A stretch of DNA of 50,054 bases, the filler included, from Bipalium vagum (taxonomy: Eukaryota): NCBI GenBank assembly GCA_037834085.1. It is 2 parts of 2 records of this genome, joined end to end, with 100 filler letters (N's around TTAATTAATTAA, not from the genome) between each part and the next. Parts side by side here need not be neighbours in the genome. Positions count along the whole stretch, not along the records: positions 18,093 to 50,054 come from JBBMKC010242610.1; 1 more part is not named here. One strand, 5' to 3'. Under the pieces are notes generated by a model, which saw only the letters and a program-made list of their open reading frames with translations, was not told where the DNA came from and did no database searches. Positions 26,401 to 40,500 of this stretch are shown here, piece by piece (the first letter of the stretch is position 1; every line of letters begins with the position of its first letter). The translations under genes and the position numbers were made by a program.

Positions 26401-26988
26401 AGATTAGAGAAATGCATGCATTTAACACATTTGGATATGGATTTTAGTTAACTTATATAGAATCTATCAATTGACTCTTTTTATTTGTCATTAATGTGCT
26501 AAAATAGTTTGGATATAAGAACGAAATGTTTACACTAATTCTGCTGTAGTTTAGAATGTGATTCTTTTATCTATAGCCTTCAAATTTTCATTCATGTCTA
26601 CATCGGACTAATTTTCTAAGTCAAAGTTACCAGAAGTGAATTCCGCAACCTAACGACTAATGGCGCTTTGATTAGACACAAAATCTTACATATTCCGACT
26701 GTTCGGACTGTGGTGGATCTTCTACGGAACTCATTTTCTATAAAAATGAGAATTTTTGATTTTCCCATTATCTGAATACCATAACTTACAAAATATTTTT
26801 AAAAATTGTGCGTCTTTAACAAATTATTAAAACAAGAATGATTAGTTTACAATAAAAATTCACAGAGATAATCAAGTTAAAAATGACCAGATAAAATTAT
26901 GCTTTTCATACATTACCACCGCATACGTATATTCTTTTCAATTGTTCATATATATGTTTAGTTTTTATTTTTATAATAATTTTGATCA

Positions 26989-28380
26989 ATGTTATCTTTT
27001 ATTTCAATTAATTATATTTTACTTCCCACCTATATAGTATCAAGATCAATGCAACATGTCATGTGTGTTTCGTGGACGTACTTAGACACAATACTTTGCA
27101 ATGTAATAATATTACATCTTTTGGGCTGCAGTCTCGATTCCTATCTACGCCTGCGACATCCATCTCGATACGTCGACTCAACAAAACAGCTTTTTACCTG
27201 CCTTAAATTGTCGGCTCCCTGGACATTAAGTTTTGTTCAATCAACAGCTTTCATGGCAATCGCTCAGATTTCTGAGTCCACAATACACGATGGCGTTTGT
27301 TCTATTTCGGATCCGAATTTTCTTATTTTACGCTCTGTTATGTGTTTTGGATTTCCCATCTCAATTAGTTCAGTATTGGTTTTTCTTTCGGCCAAAAGTC
27401 TTTCGAAATTTAACAGCAAAAGGCATATAAACTATATAACGAAGAAATCGAAAGAGGAGGCAACACCCAACGAGGCAGAATCGTTTCAATTACTTTCCAC
27501 AAATCCAAACATTATTAACCGAGATGAAACACAAGAGACCATTGTAAGAACAACCGATGAACAGGTTTATTTGCCATCTTCGTCTACATTTGACTGCAAC
27601 AATTCATTGGAATTTTATCAGCACCAGTGTCCCCAACATGGAATATTGGCAATTCCTATAGACAGATCAGTACTTGCTTATCCGGTTTCTCTCAGCTCAC
27701 CAAAATATGATCCCCTGTTGATAAGTAATAATTCTCGTGATTTATTATATCAGTGTTGTTCAACACAAACCATAGGGAAAGATCCACTGAACATTTCTGA
27801 AAGTTGCTACCCTCCTAATTTCATTTGTTCCACTGCAAGCCAGCAGCACTGTCCTGACGTTGTACCGACAATTCAGTCATCCGCCGACGTATCGATGCAA
27901 AACTGTTCGCCAAACGATTCTGAATTGAGAAACTCAAACTTACACCAGTCTCGATCGTTAGGAGACATATTAGATACTCATTCGCGATATTGCACGTTTC
28001 CTGCTAGTCAATCGTTAGATTTGCAACGAATCTCCGAAAATGCCGTTATTCCAGAAATGTATTCCATATCATGTAGAATGAATGATAAGCCGATACCGGC
28101 CGCTAAAAGACCACTAAATCGCATAAAATCCCACGAACGTACAACAATAGCCATCAACCTATCGCTCTGTATCATTTCAATTCTGTTTTGGGGTCCCTTC
28201 ATAATTGGCTCTCTGATCCAAGGGGTCTGTAAGCCGCCGCTCTGTATTTTGCCCATTTCCAATCCTCGACTAAATGAATTTAAGTGGCTCTCATATATCT
28301 TGTGTATCATTTATCCTTTAGTCATACTCATCATTGATGCTGATATTCGCGGTGTAATCAAATCTTCCTTGAATTGTTAA
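26989..28380 (+). CDS. Class A GPCR, aminergic-like but atypical; large terminal exon covering TM3-TM7 (probable acceptor at 27037; TM1-2 exons not located)
   Basis: CVSWTYLDTILCNVIILHLLGCSLDSYLRLRHP (TM3 with D3.32), TM4 PW, ECL2 Cys, TM5 FGFP, ~240-aa ICL3, HERTT, TM6 FWGPF, TM7 WLSY..IYP. Confidence 0.85.
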   Translation: MLSFISINYILLPTYIVSRSMQHVMCVSWTYLDTILCNVIILHLLGCSLDSYLRLRHPSRYVDSTKQLFTCLKLSAPWTLSFVQSTAFMAIAQISESTIHDGVCSISDPNFLILRSVMCFGFPISISSVLVFLSAKSLSKFNSKRHINYITKKSKEEATPNEAESFQLLSTNPNIINRDETQETIVRTTDEQVYLPSSSTFDCNNSLEFYQHQCPQHGILAIPIDRSVLAYPVSLSSPKYDPLLISNNSRDLLYQCCSTQTIGKDPLNISESCYPPNFICSTASQQHCPDVVPTIQSSADVSMQNCSPNDSELRNSNLHQSRSLGDILDTHSRYCTFPASQSLDLQRISENAVIPEMYSISCRMNDKPIPAAKRPLNRIKSHERTTIAINLSLCIISILFWGPFIIGSLIQGVCKPPLCILPISNPRLNEFKWLSYILCIIYPLVILIIDADIRGVIKSSLNC

Positions 28381-28914
28381 AATATTCACTAGCAGTTTTA
28401 CAATAAAAATAATTTGTATTTTTCATTTTTCATTTTTCCAATGGATTTTCCAATGACATTATTTTCCGATAATAATTGCAACATTTTTTTTGTTGATGAA
28501 TAAAATACAAAAAATTATTCGTAAAAATTTCTTAATTAACAAATCACCTGAAAAAGGAAATTATTCCTTTCATGAATTGTGGGGTAAAAAGAAAATTAAT
28601 TACGTTTTCACTGCTCATCTGATCTTTAACAAATTCAACTTTGTTTCGAAAACCTTTGATATCAGAAGAAATTGTATATCTGTTTTCCTCTTTCGTGAAG
28701 GTTTCTGAGATACGATTGGCGGAGGTTTCGATTTTTAATTTTGAAAAATTAAATTAAAATGAATCGATTTTATTCCTCTCTCAGAATTTTCAATTTTTCA
28801 ATTTAAAATTTTAAACAAATTTTTATTTTGTAAATAATAAATAAATAATATTTTTAGACAGTTTTTTGCTCGAGATCTCTTAATTGATAATAATAAAAAT
28901 ATTTGCAATTATAA

Positions 28915-29066
28915 NNNNNNNNNNNNNNNNNNNNNNNNNNNNNNNNNNNNNNNNNNNNNNNNNNNNNNNNNNNNNNNNNNNNNNNNNNNNNNNNNNNNNN
29001 NNNNNNNNNNNNNNNNNNNNNNNNNNNNNNNNNNNNNNNNNNNNNNNNNNNNNNNNNNNNNNNNNA
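28915..29066. other. Assembly gap
   Basis: Run of N. Confidence 0.99.
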
Positions 29067-29594
29067 TATATATTGCTGTTATTATTTATTTAATTTCCAT
29101 ATAGAAGATTAGTTATCAGATATTATTTTTTCGAATATCTAAGTACACGAATTAATTTTTAAAAAATATTTTATTTTTTTCTTTTTTATTAGGATTTTTT
29201 TCTGAGATGATTGCAGAGCTAAAAGGCTTTGTGATATATAAAATAAATATTTGTACCAATTTGAAAAATTGCATTCTCAGAACCATTGTAACACGCACTT
29301 ATGATTGACAATGTTTTAATTCATCAATTAATCATAATTAATAATATATTATTAAAAAAACGTCAAAATTCATTTCTTATCTAAAGCATAACTGTAAATT
29401 TAATCCAGATAATTTATTGAAAACGGGAAAATATTTTCGTGATATGAATTTTTTGCCCTATTATTTTTGGTAATTTTTTTAAAAAAATTTTCAAATTATT
29501 CATTTCTGTTGCTATTTTATTAATGTCTTGAATTTTTATTTTGTTTTAATCTTCTTAATTTAATGATTTTTTGGTATATTGCTTCACATTAGTA

Positions 29595-29982
29595 TTAGGA
29601 TGGTCGGAAAGTCTATAGAATAATTTATGGTTAATTCTAAAACTTCATTAAATATATAAAACATGTTTTTAAGTATAGTTCATTGTGCTCAATAGTATTC
29701 TGAAATATTTCCGCAAGCTGATTGATTCTCCTGGCTTACCATATGCTGTCTTTTCAAGCCTAACTGGAACTCGTACAGCAAATTATCACGAATTACATAA
29801 TTTTTAGTTTTCATTTCCTATATGAAAAATATAAAAATATAAGAATCAATATATTGTTTGATTCTGTAAAACAAATCTTTTAATTTGATATATAACACTT
29901 ATTAATAATTTGTTAATGCAAAAATAAAAATTAGCAAAACAAAGTTATCAATAAATAGTCTAAAGCATTTTCGACCACCTTA
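29595..29982 (-). mobile_element. Short internally deleted mariner derivative
   Basis: Imperfect TIRs ttaggatggtcggaaag / cattttcgaccaccttaa, with a mariner C-terminal-like remnant (INQLAEIFQNTIEHNELY) on the minus strand. Confidence 0.55.
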
Positions 29983-32015
29983 ACAATAAATTTTTTTCTG
30001 AATTTTTGAAAGTTCCAGACATTAACCATATTAATGGTAGTAATAAAATCATGGTTTTAAAATAGTTCCAAATTAATTAATTAATTAATTAAAAATTAAT
30101 AGTTCCTTTTACTAAAAAGATTTTTATTATTTTTTTTCTTTATATTTTTTCTATTATATTTATTTTCTATTCATTACTTTTAATTTTCAAAAGCATAATT
30201 CTGTTGTAAATAATCGAAGACTAAAAATAAAAATATTAATTAAAAGTGACCAGCTTAAAAAAATTACAATTCTTTAATCGAAACATGTATTGTCCTTCTT
30301 CTGGAAAACGTAATGAAAAAGATTCGATTCCAACCCGATAAATGCTACCATTTTAAGTGAAGCCTAAGCTTCTTATTTCAGCTTGCGTTCCGTGACTAAA
30401 ACACCTGCTCTGAAAACTGGTCAATACTACAATCCTGGAAATATCGACAACTCGGAACGTGATTAAGATCAGTTTAGTCAGATTGTGGGAAACATAAAAC
30501 CACCAACATATCAAAATTAATGGGAAATTCATTTCTTTTTCTTATTATTACATAAAAAACAGTTCTTTCCCTTTATTTGTTAACATGTGAATTTCATATA
30601 AATTTATAATGATTTTTTTATATTGGTTGCATTGATAATACTCGATTGAAATTTTCACAAAATTCCTACGGTTTCACTGAAGAATTCAGAAAAAATTATA
30701 TTTTATTCATTATAAATAATATTTTGAAAAAATAATTCAAGAAATATATAAAAAATTATTTAACAATATAATAATTTTAAAAAATTATAATATAATAAAA
30801 TATATTAATATATTAATATATTAATAATAAATATAAAAATAACAAAAATCAATTGGTTGATTTTATTCTGTTTAATATAAAATGGAAAATGAGAATTATA
30901 TTTCTCTTGAAATTATTTATTTTTGGTTTTCCCTGGTGGACGTAAGTACAAAGGTCAAATAATTATCCATATTGAAGTCAGATGCAATTAGGAAAACTTA
31001 TTACATCCACTTTAACAAATCGGCAATATATTCTAATTTTTGTCGGGATTTTTCAATATCCTCAAAACTCTAAATTGTTGTTCGACATTGGAAATGGTTA
31101 TATAAACTAATATTGGGAAATATAATTTAATTAAAATAATTCCCAATATTTATAATATGACTTGACTTTTTTACTTTCGATTTTGTTTTAATAAAATAAA
31201 ATAAATATAAATATTTATAATTTTGAATAATGTCTCAATTCAAAATATTATTGGTCTGATTTATTTTTGTATTATTAAATATTATTAATTTGACTTAACA
31301 TTAATTTTATTCACAAAAGAGAAAAATTTGATTTATCATTATTTTATCTAGAAAAAAATTTGAAAATATTTACATCCCTTGTTGACAAAATATACGAAAT
31401 ATTTTCCTTCAATCTGATTAAATTAAGCTTGCCTTATTTTATAATTTTTTTGATGATTGAATAAATAACAAAGAGAGTTAAGCCAAATTGGGTTAAATAT
31501 TTCTCGTGTAATTATATGAGAGAAATTAATTTACATATTCGAGCAATATTGACTATTTGGAGATTTAATATTTATTCATTTGATTATTAAAAAACTTTTC
31601 GATGCTTTTTAAAACAATCCAGATTTTTAGTGTTACCAGAAAATATTATGGAACCATTACTTTTTTTTAAATTTTTAACATATTTTTTTGATTTTACTGG
31701 AATTATTATCATCATCATGGTACTGATTCTGTTACAATCATTCAAACAAACAAAAAATGAAAATATTTTCTAAGTTTTGACAAATAAGAAACATAATTAG
31801 TCGAATATGTCATCGTCAAAAAATGAACATTAATAAACTGAAGCCATTTGAATAATTTAAAAATGACAATAATGCATCAAATAATAAAAAATAACGAAAT
31901 TTATTTTTTTTCTCTAGTTTTTGTTTAATTCAGCATTGTTATCATTATTAATACTTACAATATAATATTTAAATAAATTTTATATTATTAATACTATTAT
32001 AATACATGTATTATA

Positions 32016-33313
32016 CAGTAGAAGCGGAATTAATCGGGACACCATAATTTTTGTATCATCTTAATACATTTAAAAATACAATCAACATTATTTACAAACA
32101 CCTAGCATATAAATGTGTAATGTTTTTGATAATGTTTATAAGAAGTATGACGACCTTTAGCACTCATTAAAGCTTTGATTCGACTGGAATTCTTTTGACA
32201 ATTAACTTTTTACAAAAATCACCATTTTCAGGATCTGTCTTTCAAACTTTGAGAACAGAAGTTATTAATTCATTTTTTGTTGTAGAATTACAGATCTTTT
32301 TCTTTAGAATGGACTACATATTCTGGATGGGATTCATGTCAGGTGATGATGCAGCTCAAGCTAAGAGTAATTATTTTATTAAGACATGTTATTGTGGTTT
32401 TTGCAGTATGAGAGGGTACGCTATCTTGTTGAAAAATCCACTGCCCATCACCATACCAATTTTTATCTTGATCAATCAACTGATAGTTTATATTTTCGCA
32501 ATACTGATCTGCATTCATTGTACCTTCTACTACATATATACAGCCAGGACCATAATACGACATGCAAGATCAAAACAACTTTCAAAGGAAATTTGAAAGT
32601 TATTATTACATGCTAGTTAGTAATTAGCTCATTTGTTGAATTTTGATTGAGACCCTTTTTGTTTCAAAGATTCATTACAATGCACGTCTCATCAGAAAAA
32701 ATGACTCTTCCATAACCTAGTACCGTCCAATCTTTAAATTGTTGTCTCCAATTCTTGCTCTGCAAAATTTGATTACATCATAAAAATTGTTTATGAAAGC
32801 CTTTCATGCATTAATGATCTTTAATTAATAAGTCACTCATGCATCTCTTAGATAATGATGGACAACTCTCAATTATTAGCTATAATTTTTTAACTGTCCC
32901 TAAGGATTTGCTTTGGTATCGCAAATTACTTTTCTAATGTCTGGTCTGAAAATTATTGGTTTCCTTCTTTTTTTCCCAATTCTTCGAGTTTTTATTGACC
33001 CAGTTTGCTTATAAAATATATTACCAAGCGATTTATGTTTAATAGAGACATTTTTAAATGACGTTGAATATCCCTTTCTAATAAGCATGCATTAAAAAGC
33101 TTTCACTTCACCACGGTCTTCTGTGGTAGTATCCACTTACAAAGAGATTTAAGATTACTAGCTCTAAAATTTAAAAAATTATTTCAATCAAAGATTTTTA
33201 AAAATACAATTACTTAAATAAAACAAGAAATATAAACAAATATTGAAATACCTGATAAAGAAATAATAAAAACCAATGTAATTATAGTGTCTCGATTAAT
33301 TCTGCCTCTACAG
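32016..33313 (-). mobile_element. Full-length decayed Tc1-like element (~1.3 kb)
   Basis: TIRs cagtagaagcggaattaatcgggacaccataatt / aattatagtgtctcgattaattctgcctctacag, TA on the left. Motifs IFSDET, GTMNADQY, FQQDSVPSH and SPDMNPIQN. Confidence 0.9.
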
Positions 33314-33317
33314 AATA

Positions 33318-34440
33318 CACTACGGTCCAAAAAAGTTAAAACCTTAAAATTTTCAATAATTTTTTTATTTAAACTGCTATAAAATTAACAATTATAAAGA
33401 TAATCAGAAACAGTTTGTGGCATATCGTAGAACATTAGTAACAAAAGACAGTACACAAATTTAAAATTTAATTTCATGTAGAATAGTATTGAGATACAAC
33501 TTTTAAGTGAAGGTGTTTGTTTTTTATTTAGTTGTCCGCAGGAATAATCATATTACTTTAAGTATTTCTTAAAAGTTACTTAAGTTTTTAGATGAAATAT
33601 AATTGAAATAAGTTTAATAATGTTGTTTAATCATACTTCAAAATGAAATTCGTTCAAAATTCATATTATTTGGTTTGAAATTTGCAAATTCAAAATTTTG
33701 ACATTTTTATTTTTATAATACTGAAGTAAGATATTGTTAAAATTCACCATAAAGTATCTTTATCTTATAGTTAAGAAATACACATTAATGAATTCCACAC
33801 GTGACTGTCAATTATCAAATGAAAACCTTTCAAAGGTATGCAAAATCCGCGACTCAATGTTTTCCGATAGACAGATAAGTAGTATGATGTTGGAAAAATA
33901 TCTGTTATCTGTTTCCATATTGCTGTTCGGTAAATTATTTTAAAAGAATTTACAATTGGAACTGTAAGCAGAACAAAAGATTGTCGTAGTCCATAAAAAC
34001 GACGTCAATGGATGGTTATAGGTGTCAACATAAGCAAAACGAAAATTTCTCGTCGATTGCAGACTTCTTGATTTAGGTACCATCGATGCCGCTGCAAACC
34101 AAAGTTATCTCCTGCTAATATTCACTAAAGATTGGCATGGTCTAAGAAATATGAAAATTAAACATTTGAGTATTGAAGGTCAGTGATTTGGTCTGACAAA
34201 TCTAGGTTTTGTTTATTGTCAAATGAAGCCTTCCTACCGGAATTTCTTGTAAAAACATCGAAATTTAATGATGGGATTATGGTCTGGGTCCGTTTCAGTC
34301 ATAAAGGTGTGAGAGTGCTGGTAAATTTCCCAGACAAAAAGTTAAATGTCGTATGTTACCAAGAGATTTTGAACAATGGTTTGCTTCGATTTATTTCTAG
34401 ACTGCATCCAGATGATGAATTAGAGTTGTCATATAAAATC
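33318..34440 (+). mobile_element. Truncated Tc1-like element
   Basis: TA plus a cactacggtccaaaaaagtt terminus; KPKLS..RLAW, VIWSDKSRFCL, GIMVW..FSHKGV, YQEILNNGL. Confidence 0.8.
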
Positions 34441-35749
34441 AACTTTTCATCGGAATTACCATATACTTATTATTCCATAAAGTTTTTATTAAAAACGATT
34501 TATTTAATGTTTATTTGTGTATTCCAATAAAGCGAAATTATTTTGATTGGCGAATTGATGAAAATCTATTTATTTATTATTTGAAGCTCGTTAAATTTCG
34601 AAAAACAATCTTTAATTATATATTTTGTTATTTTTGTTATTAGATTGATTTTCTCTATATTTAAGAAATACAAAAACAATTTTTTCAAATTTTTACAATT
34701 ATGAAAATTCATTTCAGAATTTTTTTTCATGTCTAAATTTTAATGAATAATTTCTGCTTACAGTTTCCCCATGTTATTCTCCTGATTTAACTATATTAGA
34801 AATGAGTTTTTTTGTTTTTGAAATAATCTTTATATTTTTTTTATTATGACTAGAAAATAATTCATAAATTTTTATTTTTGTAATTTTCTGTTTCTTACAA
34901 TTGTGAAGTTTGTTTAGGTCTATACTGAAATTGAACATAAAAAATTTATTATTAAAATTTTAGAAATTAGTAAAACAAAAAAAACCAAAAATATAGAAAA
35001 ATATTCAAAAAAATATTTTTCAACAAATTTTAAACATTATTTAATAGGAAAAGTAATTGCCAAATCGAAAATTGATGCATGGTCACATTATTATTTCTAT
35101 AATTATTTCATTTTATTGAATATTAATTGTTTTAATTGAAATCGGGTCATAGTAGTAGTACTTGAATCATTTGAACGAATTGAATTTGGCTACAAAATTT
35201 TATTAATAATCTAAACTTTTTCTGTATATAATTCCGAGTTTTAAAATTTTATTTGAAATATAAAACAAAAAAGACATCTTTGAGTAACAAATCCGGAACA
35301 TAATTAATAAAATCGAATTATTATAATCAAAATTAAAATAAAAAAACCTATACGATATAATATCTTAATTTATACACAATTTTTTTTTAATTTTGCATTA
35401 ATTGACAAATGAATAGTTTTTGCGGGAAAAAAAATGGCTTTCATTACAAAGCAATTTTTAACGATGACCTTCGTCACCCCTCTAAACAACGATTGAATTC
35501 CAAAAAACAACTGTGGGTCTTTAAAAAAATTTTTTCTCAAGATATTGAAGGATATTCAACAAAAATTCAGACAACTATGACTATATAGAGTGTAGACTAA
35601 ATGATAATCCCAAGAACTAACTTTTTTGTGAATTATGATGTGATCAGGAAATGCTTCTTCAAAGTATTTATTAACCACCGAATGAGCAGGTGGTCTATGC
35701 TTTTGCGCTGTATTTATTTGGTTGAACATTTACCTATTCTGATCTTTAT

Positions 35750-36440
35750 TTGAACGAATTATTTGCAATCGAAAACGCTCAGTAGTTAATTGGTTTCATC
35801 AGATTTAGAGATTTATGAATTGCTGAAAAGGATTATGATTATGATTGCATGTCGCGTACACAAGTTTATGCATGGTTTACACGATTTAAAAATGGTCGTA
35901 ATAAGTTAAATGACGATGGAAAGTCTGGACGTCCGGATGCTGAAAATCGTTCGCATTTGGTGGTAAAAGTACGTGAAATCATTTCTTCTGATGGTAAAAT
36001 GACTGTGAGAATGTTAGCAGAAGAATTAAATACAATTTACCATGTGAACAATTTTAACTAAAGATTTTGGTAAAAGAAAGATTTGTGCCAAGTTTGTTTC
36101 TCATGCATAAAATGAAGACCAAAAATCAACTCGTGTTGCATATTGTAAAGATCTCCTCAACATTGTTGAAAACAATCTAGATTATATTGACTCAATTATG
36201 ACTGGTGATGAGACGTGGTGTTTCAAATATGATCCACAAATGAAGCGTCAAAGTAGTGAAACCCAAAAAATTTCGTTTTCAAAAATCAAGAATTAAGACA
36301 ATGCTTATTACTTTTAATGATTCAAAGGTATAGCCCATAAGAAAATTGTTCTAAAATGTCAAACTGTTAATGGGGTATGTTATTTAAATGTTTTACATCG
36401 CTTGTGTTCAAGAATTGTTCAAGTTAGGCCGGAATACAAA
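35750..36440 (+). mobile_element. Decayed mariner transposase
   Basis: MSRTQVYAWFTRFKNGR..SGRP, KICAKFVSH (WVPH-like), IMTGDETWCFKYDP. Confidence 0.9.
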
Positions 36441-37889
36441 ATACATAAAATTTATTAATGAAGATTTCAAATTCTGTCTATAATACCAATGGATGTTATG
36501 ACCTCTGAACTTTGATAATATATAGAAAATATGAAAATATTTTGTTATCTTTGAGCAATACATATCGTTTCTAATTTTTTGTACACTTATTTCATCACAT
36601 ATGTCAACAATTAAAAAAAATTACTATTTTAACTTAATTTCTTCAATTACTGAATAGACTAATGTGGTGGTATAAAACTTTTATAAAGATAAAGAAGACG
36701 CATAACGTTGGATTATGTCTTCAAAATCAAAATGATTTTAATATTCATAATAAAACTGTAAAAAAATACACCCATAATTTGTACTAAATTATTAATTAAT
36801 TCGAGAAACATGAAATCTTCCACACCAAAAACGACTATCCCTATAACACCATATTTTTATTAAGATTTGAATTCAAAAATTGTTATCAAATAAGTGACAG
36901 ATTTTTTTTTAGTTATATTAATTTATATTTGAAGAAATAAAAATATTTTATATTTTCAATATTAATTTTTCAATATTATATTTTCAATAAAACGTTAAAT
37001 TAAATCATAATAATTTTGGAAATTAATGGCCAATGACAATTGCCACTTGCATATTTTCCTTTGAAACAAAAAAATAAATGAACTAAGAAAAGAAATTCAG
37101 ACACCCAACTAATAAGTCCTGGAGATTTCAGATCCCATGGCGTTTCACATTCTGTTATTTTCGTTTACTTAAATTACACCTTTAAAATTTCAAGTTAATA
37201 ATTAAATAAATACTGTTTCATTAATTTTTTCTATTAAACATTGGCAGAAAAAATTAGAAACATTTCATTAATTATTGGTTTTTATTTTTTAAAAAATAAT
37301 AATTACTTTTCTTTTTCTTTTTGACGTCATTTTTTTCAATTTTTATAAAAATCTGTTTATTTTTTTAAATAATTATTTAACATAAGCCCATACAATTCAT
37401 TCACATTCTTGTAATTATACAAAAGAAAAGTCAAGTATCTTTCAATGAAACTAATTGATAAATCGTTCTTTAGAAACACTCAGAAAATGAGCATTTCTTG
37501 TTATGGAAAACCTGATAACCACTGGGAGGGATAATTAATTTGAGAATAAATATAGAAATGTTTAGCCCATTGAAACCAATCAAAGATTTAATGTTTGATG
37601 AAATGCGCTTCAGCAGAAAAATAATTAACTAGAAATTTTTATGTTTAAAGGATCGCCTCTTGGTAAAGTCTCTATCCCAGCGGACCTAATGAAAATATTG
37701 AATTATGGTAATTGAGAGTTTATCAAGTAGACCCATTAAATTATTAAGTTATGGATCAGAATACACAATTATGCAGAAATAAATTCATTTCAGGTTTTCA
37801 GAAATTCGGGTGAATTTAAATATATTTAAAACAGAACAACAATATTCAAGAAATGGGTTTAAATTGTTGAAAGAATATTACTTAGTCTA

Positions 37890-38560
37890 ATGGGTTGTTG
37901 GATTGGAAATGTCGATAACATTAATTCTGATATTTCGATTATAAAAATATCTTATCTATTGTTTTAATATTCATTTTGAAAGACAATATCTGGTAATTCT
38001 TTTGTTATAATATGTCAATATTTAATTGATTTTTAAAATTTAATAAATATTTTAGATATGATCGAGCAAATATATCGTATACAGATGTGTCTCATATATC
38101 ACTATAAACAAGAAAAAAAGAACTTCCTGACATCCAATGTTCCAACCTTACTTCAGTCTCAGCGATGAAATCATGGAACATTGAATATGTAAGAACGTCG
38201 GGAAGTCGTCAATTATGAGGAATCGAAGGTTGCTATTGAGTTGGACCAAACGTAAACTGGTCGTCAATTGACGGAGAGACTTGGTTGTCATTATTCCATC
38301 ATTAGATTACACTTACATCCAATTGGAAAAATGACTAGTGCGGAAAATGGATGCTACATCAACTCAGCGATGCAAACAAGGCCTCACGCGTCACTTTCCG
38401 GAATTCTTCTCCACAGTAACAAAAATAACGGTTTTTTCGTAAAAAGAAATTACTTTGAGTGTTTTGGAACAGTAGCTGATTGATGTACTTTAAGGTGCTG
38501 AAATCGAACTCTATTCGGATCTCTATTCATAACAACTGACCCGCTTATACTATGTAAACA
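37890..38560 (+). mobile_element. Highly decayed mariner
   Basis: TIR-like tgggttgttggattggaaatgtcg; RQLTERLGCHYSIIRLHLHPIGK (second HTH) followed by a frameshifted KWMLHQLS. Confidence 0.65.
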
Positions 38561-40064
38561 TTTTCAGTTACAATGTTATTGAAATTATCTTTAAATTATT
38601 TTGTAAAAATATTTATGATTCGGATTATTTTTCATCTTTCCTGTATATTTATTTGTGGTTAATTTCTGAAAATGATTTTTTAGGATTTAAGTCAGATAAA
38701 TAACTTAACACAGATTATCGTATGCGTTTCAGGAGGATTTACTTGCAGGTAATGTTTGGAGGATGATTAAATTTTTGAAATACCAAGAATCAATATTTAA
38801 AGTAAACTCAAGTTGATATTAAGCAATACATTGATAAAAGCCACAACACTAAATCGAATAAAACTAAAATCAAAGCTTTTAATGAATTGATTGACTGAGA
38901 TAAATCGTTTTTACAAAAATGTTTCTTTTCAAACTTTTTACAATTCTTATTTAAGAAATGATCAGGTTTATAAAGAGAGATCGCCCTTCCGTATCTTGCT
39001 CTTAAGAACCTTCTGTAATAGTTTCTGTTTTCCGTAAATGATATAAAGTAAAAAAGAGAGTTAAATTATTTGATTCTAAAAATGTTGGAAAATGTATGGA
39101 AACCTTTATCATTTATTTAATTTAATTAATTAAACACTAAAACAGATAAAATGTGATCTTTGATTTACTTTTTATTATACAGTCAGTTCATCAAAAGTCT
39201 AGCTGTATCTTTTTAACATAAAAGTTTTCGAATGTACAATAATAATTAAATTTTGGCAGAATGAGGGAGATTTAATACTTCATAAAAGTCACAAAGTGAC
39301 ATGTTAAAGTTTGGCATCAAATGAAGTTATCATGCAATTCCACATGAATTATTTAGCCAAAGTTGTCGAATTCACATAAATAATAATTTTAAAATAATTT
39401 AATTAAATATTTAACCTAAACATTACAATGTCGAACGAGTGTCGTACGTTATTGATTATAATTTTCTTGTATTTATATTTTATCACAAATCTAATAATAA
39501 AATCTTCCGGACTAAGATTCATAAAAAATATTCAAAAACAATGTTTATAATTGTATAAACTTATATATTTTGTTTTTTATAATGTTTATAAAGTTAGATT
39601 AAACATTAATCAATAATTCACATATCATATTTTTATTATTGAAAATTATTGATAATATTATTTTTTGTTACAATTTGTTTGTTTAAATGAAATAAAAATA
39701 AAATTCTCGACATAAAATTATCATCAAAATTAAGAGTAGAATTTCAATTAATAAATTTTAAGTAAATAAATAATTGTATAATTGTGTAAATTATTATTTA
39801 AATTATCACTAATTATAATATATTTTTATTTTGTCCTATATTACATATGTAAAACTTTTTTACCTCTTAAAATTTTATTAAAAATGATTATATTTTCATA
39901 CTTTGATAATTTTTTATTTTCCTAATTTTATATTCGATATTTTCAAAATTATTTAACTTATTTTTTTTAATAATTTAATAATTAATTTTTATTTAATAAT
40001 AAAATAGTTTTTTCTTTAAAAAAGTTTGTTTAATATAAAACTTTGAATTTTTGAAATATAATTC

Positions 40065-40500
40065 TGAAGGATTCCCTTCGTCGATCAAATGAACCACATA
40101 GAATTCTACCACCAAGACAATGCACCAATCCATACTGAAAAATTTACAAGAGATTGGTTCGATGATCATGGCTTACCTCTTCTGCTGTGGCCAACAACCA
40201 GTCCCAATGCTAACCCCATCGAAAATGGGTGGGGGCGCATGAAACACCAGCTTAATCATATGCTTACTACTACTAATACTTACTACTAAAACTACATCTG
40301 TTTAGCAAGTGTCAGGATTTGTGAACCACTATCATGAAAGAAGAGAATTACCGGTACAGCCATGTAGGTTCTATGGAGGCTTTCCGCAATAATGAATGAG
40401 CTGTAGGATATACCAAATATTAACAATATATTGTTTTCTGTATATAAATATAATATACATATATTATGAATGTTTAAATTTTTTACTGGACAATTTAATG
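40065..40500 (+). mobile_element. Tc1-like transposase C-terminal remnant
   Basis: FYHQDNAPIH..WPTTSPNANPIENGW, i.e. the D..E part of DD34E. Confidence 0.88.

Noticed and set aside
28884-29093. 69-aa ORF
   Set aside because: Artefact of translating through Ns.
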